A program made the position numbers and the translations under genes. A stretch of DNA of 62,531 nt, filler included, from Sphacelaria rigidula (Eukaryota), in the NCBI GenBank assembly GCA_964200075.2. It is 7 parts of 7 records of this genome, joined end to end, with 100 filler letters (N's around TTAATTAATTAA, not from the genome) between each part and the next. Parts side by side here need not be neighbours in the genome. Positions count along the whole stretch, not along the records: positions 1 to 8,849 come from CAXNAA020009944.1; positions 8,950 to 17,798 come from CAXNAA020009945.1; 5 more parts are not named here. One strand, given 5' to 3'. Below the pieces are notes generated by a model that had not been told where the DNA came from, searched no databases, and was given only the letters and a program-made list of their open reading frames with translations. Positions 1-13,275 of the stretch are shown in pieces (the first letter of the stretch is position 1; each line of letters starts with the position of its first letter).

Positions 1-1283
1 CTGGGTCAGCCTTGTCTCCTTTTTTGAAAAGATTGACGACTCCTCCTTCTCTCCACCTCTTGAGCGTGTACTCGTTTTCCCACATCCAGTTCTACAGCAT
101 GACCATCATGGTAATCATTCCTTCCCCCCCATACTTTAGAAATTCATTCACTCTTCCGTCTGCCCCTGCTGCCCTTCTGTTCTTGAGTTTAGCTACGCAC
201 TCCTTCCCTTCATCTCTAGTAAACTCTTGCTGCAACTCTGTCGAGCCTCTATCCTCCCGTTTCGACGTCTCTACATTTGCCCCTGCCCACGTGTTGATTT
301 CTTTTTCGAATTTCTTGTCGAACTCCGTATTTGTTTCTGGTGTNNNNNNNNNNTCTCTGTGCCCGGAGTGTAGCTATCCCCTTGTCCATCTTCCCTGCCT
401 GGTTTCTCATTATCGCTTTTATCCCTGCCCACATTTGTTTCATCCCACCGTCGGAATCTTCATTTGTTTCATTTACTACACCTTCCCAAACATGCTTTTT
501 TTTCTGCTGTACCATATTTTTTACTTCCTTCCGGGCTTTAGCATACCCCTCCCATCCTACCTTACGTTTGTTCGATATCCACCTCGCGTGGGCCTCCTTA
601 CTCTGATAGCCCCTTTCTCTTCCTCATCCCACCATTTCACTGCTCTGTTGCATATGATCAGTTTCTTCCCTATGACTGTACTCGCTGTGTTCTTGACCAG
701 CTGCTCCCATCCTTCTACAATCTCCGCTCCTGCCCGATATCTTTCCATTTCGGTATCAACTGTACCTACGCGTTCCAATAGCTCCGAAAATTTCACTGCA
801 TTTTAGGCCATCTCCTCTTGGAATTCATGCCGTTTCTCTTCCATATCTGGTTTATCGATTTTCTATTTGTACATCTTCCTACCCCGCCTATTTCTTCTCG
901 TGTGTTGGCTTTCTGTCCATATTTGGCAGTGATCTGTGGTTCCCACGTCCTCCGCGCATACATGTACTTCCATTTCTCCACTATTTCCATGCTCTACCAC
1001 TATATAGTTAAGAACGGAGCACTCTATCTTTCCTTTGCATTGCCTCGTCCATGTCCATTGCTCCTCTGGCGTTTGTACTCTATCGCTCAGCGTCTTCATC
1101 TCGTTGAGCATTTCTACTCCATACGTGTTCTTCGTACCTGCCCCGTATTGCCCAATAATATCATCCGTTTGACCTGCTCTTCCTACCCTTGCATCTCCCA
1201 CTAACATTACTTCTCCTTGCCTTTTATACTCATGTACATTTGCTGCTATCTCTCCAAACGTACGGTGAATACTGTCCACAGTA
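1..1283 (-). mobile_element. Degenerate non-LTR retrotransposon (LINE) ORF2 fragment: endonuclease C-terminal part and linker
   Basis: Broken minus-strand frames give APE-like motifs (EVMLVGD.ARVG...IIGQYG, WTWTRQC...CSVLNYIVV, GTTDHCQIW), then VKWWDEE and MKQMWAGIK. Many stops and frameshifts. Confidence 0.75.
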
Positions 1284-2030
1284 AGTTTGGGGAACGGGAG
1301 ATACCATGAGCAGGCACCCGCTCCACATTCCGACACAAAATCGTCTCTGCGCTCAATATTGAACGACATACGGGCTGAGTTGACAGGGGGTTTTGGTTGC
1401 CGTTTTTGTTTAAAATATATCTCTTTTCGGCTCGACTGCGATAAATACGCAACACAAAAAAGTAAGGGCATGCGAAATCATTCACGAGAGCGATCGGGAT
1501 TTTGGTTCACCCTGGATGTGCTGTGCGAAGCTCGGTTGGGCAATTTTTGCAGTTGGGTGTTTTTCTGAATTGTTTCTCGCATATCCTTTCTCAGCACTCG
1601 AAAGTTCTACCATCGATACATACTGGGAAAAGAAGAAGGTCGCGCCCATGGCAAAATACTCAATGGGTGTTGTCAAGGTGATACGGAGTACGTACGTACC
1701 CCGTTCATTACGGGGGTGCTATGATACGATATGTATATATATTATCACTGTTACTAGACCAAAAAACACCTTTTTTTCAGCTCTAGCGTAATGACTATGT
1801 AGAAATTCGAAAACCCATTCCTTTTATTTTGTTCACGCGAACGACCGGAAGTGAAGTGCCCTAATCGAGCAAAAATACCCAAGGGTCGAAACCTGGGATG
1901 GGTAGTCACGGGACTCCCGAAAAACCGGTCAAACCGTAAGCCGTTTAATTTGGAGTGCAGAGATGATTTTGGTTCGGAATGTGGAGCAGATACCCCTAGT
2001 ATTTTTCGATCCCCGAAGTTTGGGATCAAG
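1283..2030. repeat. Diverged long inverted repeat (foldback/MITE-like); left arm abuts the LINE
   Basis: ctccacattccgacacaaaatcgtctctgcgctc (1321-) matches the reverse complement of gagtgcagagatgattttggttcggaatgtggag (~1953-1986). Weaker similarity continues inward towards ~1700. Confidence 0.65.
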
Positions 2031-3489
2031 GGTTCACTGAAATGGGCGGAGGCACGCGAAAGCACTATTGAAAATCGCCCTTAACGAAAAAATAACTAAA
2101 CCCCCCTGTTGCAGCTGTAAACTACTGTATGTCGTCATATTTCTCTCCCTCGTGTGTCTTTTCCCACCAGCGGTTCCCCTCCCCGACCGCCCATGTCGCC
2201 ATGAACCTTCGTCGCTCCGTCGTCAACCTGGTTACTGTTGGCTAGTTGTCAGCTTCGATCTCGAAATTTCTTGGGTCGTCGGCTAGACGTGCCTGCCTAG
2301 CCCTTCTCCGTACAGTAGCAACATTGGTCATTTTTAATCCTATAATGAAAAACAACTTTCCTACAGATAGGGTCGAATATGATCCAATATAGTATTTTTC
2401 TTCTTCCTTCCCTAATGAATCATTGCTGCCCTTGGCAGCGCAAGTCCGGCCACGGCGCTCCGATCGTTTTGTTGTCAGCACGCAGCAGACAGATGTGTTC
2501 CAAGTGTATGGAGCTTCCGTAACCAGCGCTCGCAGGGAGTGCAGTTTGCATGTATGTAGTACTAGCCCTATTTCTCCCGTGTGCTATTTCACACTGCTCG
2601 CTGCTTTATACGACGAGTACGCAACGGCTATCATGTTTGAGCAGAAGTTTACGTGTGATTTCTATGTATGTTTCTACCGTTCAAGTGAAGCTCGTGTTTT
2701 GCGGCGCACGACCTATTCCAACGTATCGGAACAGTGCAGATTGCGCCTCCACAGTGCCCACGAGCTCCATGGTTTGTGGGGGTCGAGTACAAGAGGGTAC
2801 ACTGAACGCCGAGAAATCTTGTCGTGGGGTATCAATGAGCACATGCTGACATGCTGACGGTATGCGGGGCCTAGTCGTTGGTGTTTTGCACGATAACCCG
2901 AGGGTCATGGCGTTCGTGATTGCTTAGCGCGGGAGGTGTGCCCGATCACGCTTGGATCCACGATGGCGAGTGGTAAACGCCGAAAAGTAGATACAAAAGG
3001 GTCCTACGTTCTCTTGGCGTGATTGCGCGGCAAAGTGCGCAAACGAAGGTCGCCTTCCGCCTTCCTCACCCAAAAACAACAACGTTGTAAATTTGGGTAA
3101 CTCACGATAACGTATGTTCTTTGTGACCACTCCGTCCCGAGTGTTTCGCGGTACAGTACGTATATCCTATGGACCTGCAGCCCTCACCGAGTCCCCGTTT
3201 GACTGCGCCTTTCTCCCTCTTTCTCTCTCCAGCGCCTTCCCCCTCAAGCTTGCGCTGCAATTTCTAGCTGTAACCCCCTCCCGTCGCTGATCGCGGTCTC
3301 GGCTGTATCGCTCTCTTTCCGTTCCCACCTCTGGGGAGGTAGGCTGGCGCGGGACAGGGACAGTTGGACTCGCCGATTTGGGCAGGTAGCTGCAATCGCT
3401 CGGACGACGGCGTCTTCCAGGTCGGGGCGGGGGGGCAAGAGGCGGAGACGGAGGGCACATTTCCTGGTGGGGGTGAGGACCTCACGGCG

Positions 3490-5427
3490 ATGGACAAGGC
3501 GGAACAGGACAGCTGTGGCAAGTCGCTACGTCTCCTCGACGTCCGTCTCCGTGTTTATGAGTTGGACCGGGTGGCGATGGTGATGCAAACAGTTGCGAAA
3601 AACACACGCCGCGAGGCCGAGGATTCTGCGAGGAAGCTCAAGCACGCTCGACGCAACCTTGAAGTCGCAAAGGACGTTGAGCGGTGTAATAAGGAGCGAC
3701 TGGGGAGACTCGTGGTGGAGGTGGAGAACAGCCAAGAGCTCAGGCGTAGGGCTGCCCGCGGCTGTGAAGACGTCGCGTCACGTGTTCCGCCGCCGACTGG
3801 AGAGAGTTCGCTCCATGCAGCGGGAGCGGGGGAGATCACCACATCACCGCTGCCTGCAGAAGCAGGCAAGCGCAAGCGGTACACAATTTCCCCAGCCCCG
3901 TTGAAGGCTCAAAGAGATTGCGACGGCTTATCGGTGGGCATGGCAGCGGAAGGCTCCCGTGAAGACGGCGGTGACGGTGAAGAGAGTGGCCCGGGTGTAA
4001 GCATGACCGTCGAGAAGTCGCCCGAGGAGAAGACGATCTTGGCGGCAAGAAGAGCAGTTGCCGCGGCACGCAGGAGCGCAAGGCGCATGAGGTTGGTGGA
4101 GGTGCGCCTCACGAAGACGGCGGCACAGCTGGAAGCGGCCGCTGTCGAGGCCGAGAATGCCGCCGATGAGGCCGACGTGACGTGTGCTCGGGTAAGACAA
4201 AGTGTTGACGTGGATATGACAATCATAGCGGTGGGAAGGGGGGTTGCACATGTGGAGATTTTTGTTTTCCCGAAAACAGGTAGTTGCTTGCCTCCCGAGC
4301 TTTGGCGTTGCAGTAGCTGTCCAAATTATTGAGATGCGTGTGCGTTCCGCTGCCGAGTGAGTGTTTCGTAGCAGCCGTGAGAAATGCAAGCGTTGAAGAG
4401 ATCATGTACGTATAGGTCAAGGCGACTTTTTCTCTCTCTTGTTCCTGTTGTCATGAGCTGTGGGTAACTCGGGCGGAGGTAGCATCAGCGCATGTAGCGC
4501 TCCTCGGTCGTCACGAACAGAGCTCGTGTGTGTTGTGTCGCCCCGAGTGGGGAGTTGATCCAAAACTTTGACATTGTGGAGGCTCTCTACCCCCTCCTTC
4601 CCCTCCCTCTCCCTGTTCGATCCCGTGACAAAACTCTCCCACTTGCGATTCCTAGGTCAAAGCTGAAGAGTTAGAGCCGGCCGAGCGAGCAGCCGCTGAG
4701 GCGAAGGCACATCTCAGAAGATTTGAGATTGCCATAGACGAGGAGACGCGGAAGGTGATGCGAGCAGGTCCGCGCGACTACAACTCGTTGACCGCACGTC
4801 CGAGAAGTTGGGTGAAGGGCGCCGGGCCGGTGGGGTTCCCAAGATTCCCTGCACCTACCATGTCTCCTCAAGAAGCGTGCCTAGAGGAGATGCTGGAGGA
4901 GGAGGCGGCCGCCGCGAGGGAAGCGGCCGCAGAGAAGAGAAGGGTGGCCACCATGAAGGCACAAGCCACTCGGGCTCGTAACAGAGCGGAAAGAGAACGC
5001 CGACAGCGCTTGGTGAGAGAAGCAAGGGAAATTGCGGGCGACAGTGGTGGAGGCGGTGGTGGCAGTGGTAGTAGCAGCTCCGACGACGGGGGAAGGATGG
5101 GCGGCGGGACAGGTGTTGATGAGGTCGTCCGGAGGGAGGGGAAGCGGTCGGTGAGACCCACTGCCGCTCAGCAGGAGTATATGGCGCAGAAACGTGAGTG
5201 TTTACTTTTGTCAGGGAGAGCGGAGCGCCGTTATCCAAGGGCAGACTTGTGCCCCTCGGTGTTGGTCGCGGGTGATCAAGTTGCGATGGACAGTTGAAGA
5301 GATGGTTCTCCAACAAATGTGCAGGGACCAGGCCGATCCCATTGTGTGTGAGTGTGTCGCTGGTTGTAGCTCCCTGATCATTGCGCTCCCGCTTCACGCT
5401 CATCACTTTCCCCCTTCCATGGGAGTG

Positions 5428-5460
<33 letters not shown>

Positions 5461-5630
5461 TTGATGGTACTGCAGAAGGGTTCGATCCTACAGGTGTGAT
5501 GCAGATGTGTCAGTCACTCAAGCAACCCTGATCAATAACTGAAGCGTGGATTGTATATGCTCATGGCTTGCTCTCTTTGTCCCCGGCTGCTACTTTCCGT
5601 CGGTGCTGTGTCTCAGATCTTCGACTTTGA
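3490..5630 (+). CDS. Putative 3-exon gene for a charged, coiled-coil/low-complexity hypothetical protein (~430 aa)
   Basis: Exons 3490(ATG; frame open from 3364)-4230, 4656-5193 and 5617-5630. Donors GCG|gtggga and AAAC|gtgagt, acceptors cctag| and tctcag|. Phases join in frame (...MTIIA/VKAEELE...YMAQK/HLRL*). No recognisable domain; may be transposon-borne. Confidence 0.5.
5428..5457. repeat. (CA)n microsatellite
   Basis: Direct reading. Confidence 0.95.
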
Positions 5631-6620
5631 GACCACAACTCTGACAGCGAGACGTCACCGGTGTGCTTTTCCTGCTGCTGCCTGGCGGTAGAGGTCTGCG
5701 TGCTAGAAACTTCGAGAAAGCTCCGTCGTGTGCGGTATTCCCCGTTGATGGTGTTGGCGGGATGGCTGGAATGGTCCGGCGCCCTTTTATGCACACCCTG
5801 GACAATGAATTATTTGGTAGAAATATGTACTGCGTACAGTGTTAAATCTATTATTTGTTGCAATAGGTGCAACAGTCTATACTGTACGCAGTACAATTCT
5901 CGACCGTGTATTCGATTGTCCGGGTGTGCTTTTATGCGTTTCGGAATGTGCTGATGGTATCCAAGCCCGCCGCGTATAGCCCATATATTTAATCACGTAC
6001 TCAATAGGTTCGGAGCTTGGCGTTAGTGTATCGGGCTCCGCATCCTTGTGTGCTCGTTCTCATTGTTGTTGCGGAATCGATGTCAGCTTGCATGGATGTA
6101 AAAGGCTGCGGATTAACCTGTCCCGCAATGATATTGTACGGAGATACTTGAGGAATGGAAACGAATTCCGTTCGGTTACCGTCTGAAGTCGCAGTAACAG
6201 ATTCGACGTAAGCGGCAAGCGTTGTCTACCTAGCTTCCACAGGACTTCGGCTTGCACCCTCACCCCTATCTTGGATCATGTGTCTTGTGTCGGTTCTCCA
6301 TATGACTTGTCAGGGATGAGGGGTCAGTCAGAAAGTGACGTCAGAACAAAGGCCGCAAGTCGGGCGGGGCGGAAGAATATATTCCGGTTTCATGGGTATA
6401 AAGTAATGGTAATGTATACACGGATCGGATGAAGACGATAATACGTGCGATACCCTGCTAGTGTAGTCGTAGTTGTTTATTTTGGTGTAAATTTTTCGAT
6501 ATACACTTGTTTTTATGCATACGTGCTTCCTCCGTGCAATACGAGATGCAAAGGCGTTAAGGTCTTTGGTCGACAAGATTGCTCTTAGACTTGGCCGTTT
6601 CTGTTTAGCGTGTACCCTTA

Positions 6621-6898
6621 CTGCAATCCGCCAAGCCCACTGGCCGCGTGAGCAAATAAAGAATCAGTGAGCATTGCAAACGATGAGCGAATTTGGCACT
6701 CTGGGAAGTGCGATAGCACGTGATGATGCTTTTCATAATGGTGGCGTGATTATAGGTGCCCAACCATCCATGATGATGTGTCATGTTCTTGTTCGTTTGA
6801 TCGTCTTTTCATCGCTCGAGGCACCGATTTGGTGTGAATTTCGTGGCACTTGCGTGTCTTTGTATCGTTCGTGCAAACGGGGGCTTGGCGGGTTGCAG
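6621..6898. mobile_element. MITE (~280 bp) with 18-bp TIRs
   Basis: ctgcaatccgccaagccc ... gggcttggcgggttgcag. Flanks are TA / TG (possible TA target duplication with one change). Confidence 0.6.
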
Positions 6899-7049
6899 TG
6901 AAAGTGATGCAAAGGGTTGCGAAATGAAGCCAGGAAAAAAATCGAAAGTGAATACTTTGCACACGAAGTTGAACACCACCACTTGTTGGACGATGAAGAT
7001 ACATGGGTGTATATCCACAGGGCTTCATTCGGAGAGGGAGCATCCGAGA

Positions 7050-7630
7050 TCGGTGGTGGTGGACTTGCATGTCGGTGTGTGTGTGATATGTTGGTGTGTG
7101 GTGTGTTGGTGTGTGATGCGTGTGTGGTGTGTTGTGTGTACTGTGTTTGATGTGGTGTGTGTACTGTGTGTGGTGTCTTGTGTGCACTGTGTATGGTGTG
7201 GTGTGCGTTGTCTGTGTTGTCTCTGCTGTTTGTGTTATCTGTGTTGTGTGTTCTCCTGTTGACCGCTGTTGTCGGGGATCACGTCAGCCCGTTCAGGACA
7301 CTTGCCGGCAAGATTATTTAGTCAATAGCAGGCGGACGAGATCGCTCACTTACATGCGTGCCAGCATGTGATCCGTATAAATTACGACGGTTGGGGGCCG
7401 GTCCCGTGTGTGGTGTGTATGTAGTACTGACTTGTGCGGCGGTGTGTGCATGGCCTTGACTTTGGGTTCGGTCATGAGTTCATCGAAGAGAGTGAGTCTT
7501 GTACTTGCCATTGTTGTTGTGGTGGTGGTAGTGGTGGTGGTCGTCTTCTGTTGCACGTGGTGGTGTAGTGTGTTGGTGTTGGTGTTGGTGTGATGTGATG
7601 TGATGTGGTGGTTGTCTTTTGTTGCATGTG
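7050..7630. repeat. TG/TGG-rich low-complexity tracts
   Basis: Degenerate (TG)n at ~7070-7260 and (TGG/TTG)n at ~7510-7620. These generate spurious ORFs. Confidence 0.85.
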
Positions 7631-8803
7631 GTTGCTGTCGTCGTCATATAGCTGCACCGCCCCACCGTAAATGTTCACTTCAGTCGGCGATCTGCATCTT
7701 CAACTTAGTGCCGGTTGCTTCAACTTCAGGAAACATGCCTGAAAATACATATGACCCATGTGCAAAATGGAATACGGGTTGCAGCGGCGTACACCCTTAC
7801 CCAAGACGGAGTGGTGCGAGAGTGGGTGGTACCGTACCAATCGTCGCGTTGGTTTGCTTCGAATATCATATACATACCCGTCTTCATTGTCGATGTTCCC
7901 ATCAATTTCTGCTGGAAGGAGATTCGGAGGCAGCGAAATGTCAAGGACGACATACGCTCCACGCCACGGGGCTGCGAAGGGCGTGTATGCCATACCATAT
8001 CGACGAGCGCACTTTGATAGGAGGGGGGAGGGAAGGAGTGAGGGTGGCTATTTCACATGACAAAAACACTGGAAGGAACACAGCGTTGAAAAACAAGTTT
8101 TAAGTTGGAGAAGAACGTCATTTATACAGAGGGGTGGGCGAGTTGATGAATGAAGTGGGTTTGTTGGGGAGATTCGTGCGTGCTAGATGGAGGTAGATGT
8201 TGCTGTTCTGCTGTTTGGCGATTATTTTCTTGTTCGTTCCTCTTCTGTTACCTTGTACGTGCAAACACTGCCCGCTGCTTGATCAGCTACCGGATCTTTG
8301 CGCTGCAGTTCACGGGACAAGAAGACGGAGCTTCGGGTGCAGTATGTACTGTATAACCTGTGGCACTGTAGAGTATAATGTATCGGGTAATGTTGACAGT
8401 ATTTCTATGTCGCTTCATGTCTTTTCATGGCTTGCTTGTGGTTGTTCTGCACTACTAGTCTGCCATATAACTACTGTATTGCAAGCCCGAAAATATGCAG
8501 TGATTAGTTTTTGTTGTACGGAAGGGATGAAGTAAAGTATTTGGATGCACTTGGCAGTGTGGTACACATGAGCACGTCAGCTTTTGCTCGCACAACCTCC
8601 GGTACGGTACCATGACTTGATCACTCCCCTCCCCCACGAGACAGACTGCGATTTCAGTCCTGGTTCATCTTCCTCCTCTCATCTCCACCTACCCCATACC
8701 CTGATGTGGGGAAAAGCGCGGCGGGGGTGCTCGGTGTAGCATTTGTCGGGGACACGGGTATGGGACAGCGCGCACATTTTTGTACTATACTGCACGGTGC
8801 CAC

Positions 8804-8849
8804 ACTGTACTGTACTGTATTGTACTGTACTGTACTGTACTGTACTGTA
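8804..8849. repeat. (TGTAC)n pentanucleotide microsatellite at contig end
   Basis: Direct reading. Confidence 0.95.
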
Positions 8850-8949
8850 NNNNNNNNNNNNNNNNNNNNNNNNNNNNNNNNNNNNNNNNNNNNTTAATTA
8901 ATTAANNNNNNNNNNNNNNNNNNNNNNNNNNNNNNNNNNNNNNNNNNNN
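8850..8949. other. Artificial contig linker N44-TTAATTAATTAA-N44
   Basis: 100 bp with stops in all six frames. Identical linkers at 17799-17898, 26747-26846, 35694-35793, 44640-44739 and 53586-53685. Confidence 0.97.
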
Positions 8950-10928
8950 GCGTTAAAGTAAGGTAGCACCAGGGAGGGGGGTTGAGGGGGGAGGAAGTTG
9001 GGGTGTTTTTTCTGGGAGGGGGAGGATGAAACAGTGTACGTACCACGTACGGGTATCAAATAGTACATCTTGTCTTACGATACAGTCATGCTTGGATATG
9101 CCCCGGGTGGCAACCCATCTGTCTCTGAGGCAGCGGCGGTTGGTTGGGGTTCAGTGGGGAGGAGAAAAGCTCCCAAATTACTCCGAGCCTCGACATGTTG
9201 GATATTGTATTTCACAGTGATTTCTATATTATTGGAGATTTCTCGTACTAAAGGTTCCTGGTATATATTATTGACTATAAATTACTGATGAATATACCGG
9301 AAACCACGAGTTTGAGATGCATGAACTGTTCTGTTCTTCTGGAGAGCATCAGTAAACCTCAGGGGACTTTGTCGTCTATAGTATACCACTGCACTGTTGA
9401 CATCCTTTTTCTGGTATTCTTCGTGGAGGTGTCTCGCAACAGCATTTGTTGTGAGGGTATTCACGTTGTTTCGAGAAAAACTGTTCGCGAAATGACTTTT
9501 TCCTCGACGAAGGCCACATATCGTGCAATTGCCCAAGAAATGCCTCAATTTTTTCAAGCGCCCAATAAGGCTTGTTTGAGGAATCGTTTCAGTCGAATAA
9601 GCTTCAAAATGGTGATATCTCAAACTCGACGTTCCCGGTAGATTTCGCGATATTTACCGTGAAATATGCCGGGAACCTCGGGTTGAGATACTTGTTATGC
9701 ACGCGGCGAGGTAGAAATACGGGGTCTGGATACAATCTGTACAGGTCTGGCCAGGAGCTCATAGCAGTCGGGTCCGCTACGATGCATCTGCTTCACAACA
9801 GCATTGTCGTGGCGATCGTGATGATGAGATAATTGCCGCTAAGAATATCACATAGGTGATGACATGGAAGTCGACGAGGAAAGAAAAGCGACCGACTATT
9901 CGGACGAAGTGCCGGGTAATGCGACGGTTAGTTCATCACTGGGAGGGTAAAAAAGTCTCGGAAATTTATAATTTCGAGCAAAACTATGACGCCAACACTA
10001 ACCCCCAACAAAGACACACCGAGAACTGACGGGCATAGGGGTAGGCTTTGACATATCCAGTGAGTGTCCATCATGGACATCTACTTCCGATCATCTAGCG
10101 TTGATGTGTACAGGAGTTCAGGCCAGTGAGAGGTTGAGAACTGGGGCTGTGATCGGCGTGATCTTGCGGCTCGATCCACCGACACACTTTTGTCTGAGGT
10201 TGCTGTTGTTGTTGTGTTCACATTAAACACCGTTCCGATATCTGCGCAGTACTCCGTACTGGGCATCTGATGCGGACATACTAGTGCCTCGTGAAAACAG
10301 ATAACTCGTTCTGTCAAACTCCATGAAAACTCAGCAGAGACCAACCAAACAGTACACATGGACGGTCGGAAGTACAGCCACCTGGTGCATGCTAAAAAAA
10401 AAAGGGCAAGTGATCAGGTGACGGATACTTTGACGGGAAGAGTTGTGGGGGTGTGACCCTTGACCGCCACGGTGGGTCATCTATCTGGTTGCTGGATGTA
10501 GGAGACAATTTGCTCACGATTGATGCCGATTCAGCAAAATACTACCACCAGCGGTGAAAGAGTAGAATTTCGAACCCTTCGACCACTCCAAGTTTCGGCA
10601 AGAATGACAAAACTAGGTTCAGCAACCATGACAATCCAACCCATCACACAGGGTACGCGCACCCCTTCGAATGCTCCCGTCTTCACCGCCCTCCTATTTC
10701 GTGTCTGCTCTGCTTACTCTCCACACTTGCATAGACAGTGTAGCTCATACGTGGAGCCGCGCCGACCACGGACGCGTGCGGTACCCTTCCGTCATGACAA
10801 AACCGGAAGACGCGTAGTGTGACCGCATGCGCGCGCACGATAAATGGATGCTGGTGTTGTGTGCCTCTTTTTCCATCACTACACGAGCACATATCAAATA
10901 TGGCCGGGATTAGTTCTACTCAGCTGTT

Positions 10929-12087
10929 TTAGATTTCGCGCCCAAACGTCTGATGACGGAAGGAGACATGCAGCTCGGTATGAGGTCGTGAGCATCACCT
11001 CTCTTTGGTGGCACATGCATATCTCACTCAACCGGCACTGGACTGGCTCATTATCGCGCACTTGGTGTGCTTCTGTGCTGTCGACTACTGCAGTCTCTCA
11101 CAACCTGCGAAGAGACACTAAAATCTTTTGAATTTGTGGACATGTTTCCCCGCTGTTCTAAGAAGCCCCTCCCCAAGACAGCCTACGTTGCACCTCTTTA
11201 GACTGGAAAGAAGTTGTTTCAACGTATGCTGTGTACGACGCAGTACCACAATATCCCCACTGAAGAAATGCATGCTACAGGCAATACCCTGACCTCTACG
11301 TGTGTGTGTTTTTTCATACATCATAACCGGTACAGTGTGGTGTATGAAATAAGGTCCGTTTATGTGCTCGACAGTCTTGTGTACAACATAATGAAGGCCC
11401 GATTTGTTGCGCATGCGTTGAGCATCGAGACCTTTTGGTACTATTGTAGCAACAGGGAGTACCAAAGAGTGAAAATGTGCATTTCTCTTCCAAAGCAAGC
11501 GGATGCACGGCGAAAAATATATGCTATCGGAGAAAGAAGATTGTTAGGGGTTGGGAAGGGGTCGCGTTTTTTGCCACAGCATCACCAAACGCGATGTGCA
11601 ACGGTCCTTGTAAAATACTCTTGTAGAGTAAACGAATGCTTCTGTTTAGCGCGCAGTTTCGCACGCACGAGGTTGCATGGCAACAACGCGCAGAGTACCA
11701 AGCAGACGACACGCGTATCTCTGTCACATGGCGGGAACATCTGCCTGGCGTTTCTGTATCGTGGCTGACACATCACTGTATATCGAAGTATCTTTCGTCT
11801 TCATGTAAAATCTCAGACAGACAAGTAGTTGTATAATGGATAAAGCAAAAATCCCGAGTGGAATGAGTGATACACATACAAGTATACCGTATGGGAAATG
11901 GAAAGTTGGAAGAGCCACCCAGCCTCACCTGTCTTTTGGTGTTGTACGAGATCTCGACTTTGTCCACTTTACCCTCCGCCAGGAACGCATCCACATCTGC
12001 CTTTTTTTCTCCATGCACAGAAACCTTTGACAAGAGATTGGGATGCCCCATGTGTGACCCTTCCTCTGCACTGCTTGCATTTCCCAT
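10929..12087 (-). CDS. Putative small N-myristoylated protein (53-aa exon 1; 59 aa if the predicted exon 2 is right)
   Basis: Exon 12087-11929 MGNASSAEEGSH...EISYNTKRQ ends at CAG|gtgagg (phase 0). Candidate exon 10949-10929 follows tctccttccgtcatcag| and reads TFGREI*. MGxxxS motif present. Confidence 0.5.
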
Positions 12088-13275
12088 GCTTTCCTCTTGA
12101 AGCCAGCTCTCACTCTAAGTCGGGTGTAATCCTCTCTTCCTGTCTCTGCCTGACCCCGTCTGTGTGCTCCTTTCGAAAGCAACGTCCAAGAAATAAACGA
12201 CACCTGCAAGTATCAAGTCCAGGAGAAGCAACTGCTGCCGATACCGCACTGTCTTTATAAGCCTGACTCCGTCTCACTAATCTCCACCACGACTGGCTGT
12301 CCTTATCCTTCCCCAGTCTGATAGCCGTCCAACGCGAGGATATTCACAGCTGGTCAGACGGGAAGGCGGGCGCTTTCAACGATAAGTCTTAGTTGAACGT
12401 TCGGACCCCTCTGTGCGTCTTTCAGCAGTGGGATGGCCTGACCGCAGTGTGCTAGGAGAACAAACCGCAGATTCTGTCAATCCGGTCGGTCCTTCTTTTT
12501 CCTCGATTCCGGAAAACAAAGCCGGATTGGTGTGCGGTAATGGACGACGGCTACAACGGGCCATTAGCGTGCACATTTCGTGTTTCTCGAAAGTGTTCGA
12601 GTTGTGGGATAGGATGTGGATCAGGGCAATGTCAACGAAGTTCTGTCTACTTTCGCAGTCACCGATCACGTCTTTGTGGGCAGGAGAAACCTACATATTT
12701 GAGGAGCAAATCCGATGGTACGCGGGAATCCGTAGTTGTATCCTTCATGTTTCGAATCAGGGATAATAACCATGGAAACGCGTAGCTGGCTTTTAGGAGG
12801 GCATCATGTGTCGGGTCGGGCTACTACTGTACTGTGCTCTCTTGACGAGGTATGTGGGAAGTCCACATGTCCGCAGGACTATAGCTACGCCCCGTTATGC
12901 AAATATCTCATCTTTGCATCACGGGAACCAATTATTTGCCGCCCTACGTTTCGTGCGTCCATACGGGAGGGAGCACTTCACGATTCGAGATAAGGGGAGG
13001 GGGCACCAGGAGGAGCACAGAGGGCGTCGTTACGTGCAACGGCACCCTATTGGGCTAAAACAACAGGTTTCGACCGAGGCATTCGTATCAGCCCTTAGAT
13101 TAGTTTTAAACGTCCAGTAAGAAAAGCAACGATGCGGCATGGTTTACTTCCGCATCGTCAACATGCAGCAATCTCGCTTCTCCGAAAACTGAGTGATAAG
13201 TCAATGAGTGGTATGATACTTCACGTCCGCTACCCGGCGTCATCCGCCGCACAGCAGCGAGGGGGCTCCTCTAGT

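Larger units (their letters stand above)
6260..8420 (-). pseudogene. Decayed multi-exon gene with a frameshifted C2H2 zinc finger
   Basis: Exon-like blocks with splice signals near 8250-8350, 7801-8011, 7667-7738, 6522-6600 and 6260-6455. 6287-6357 reads CGLCSDVTF-(frameshift)-TDPSSLTSHMENRH, a CxxC...F...L..H...H pattern. In-frame stops elsewhere. Confidence 0.4.

Noticed and set aside
12-806. Long ORFs 12-806 (+) and 15734-16765 (-)
   Set aside because: They are antisense shadows of purine-rich LINE coding strands.
9282-9790. Minus-strand protein-like reading (PYWALEKIEAFLGQLHDMW...)
   Set aside because: It is interrupted by stops with no recognisable motif or reliable exon borders.
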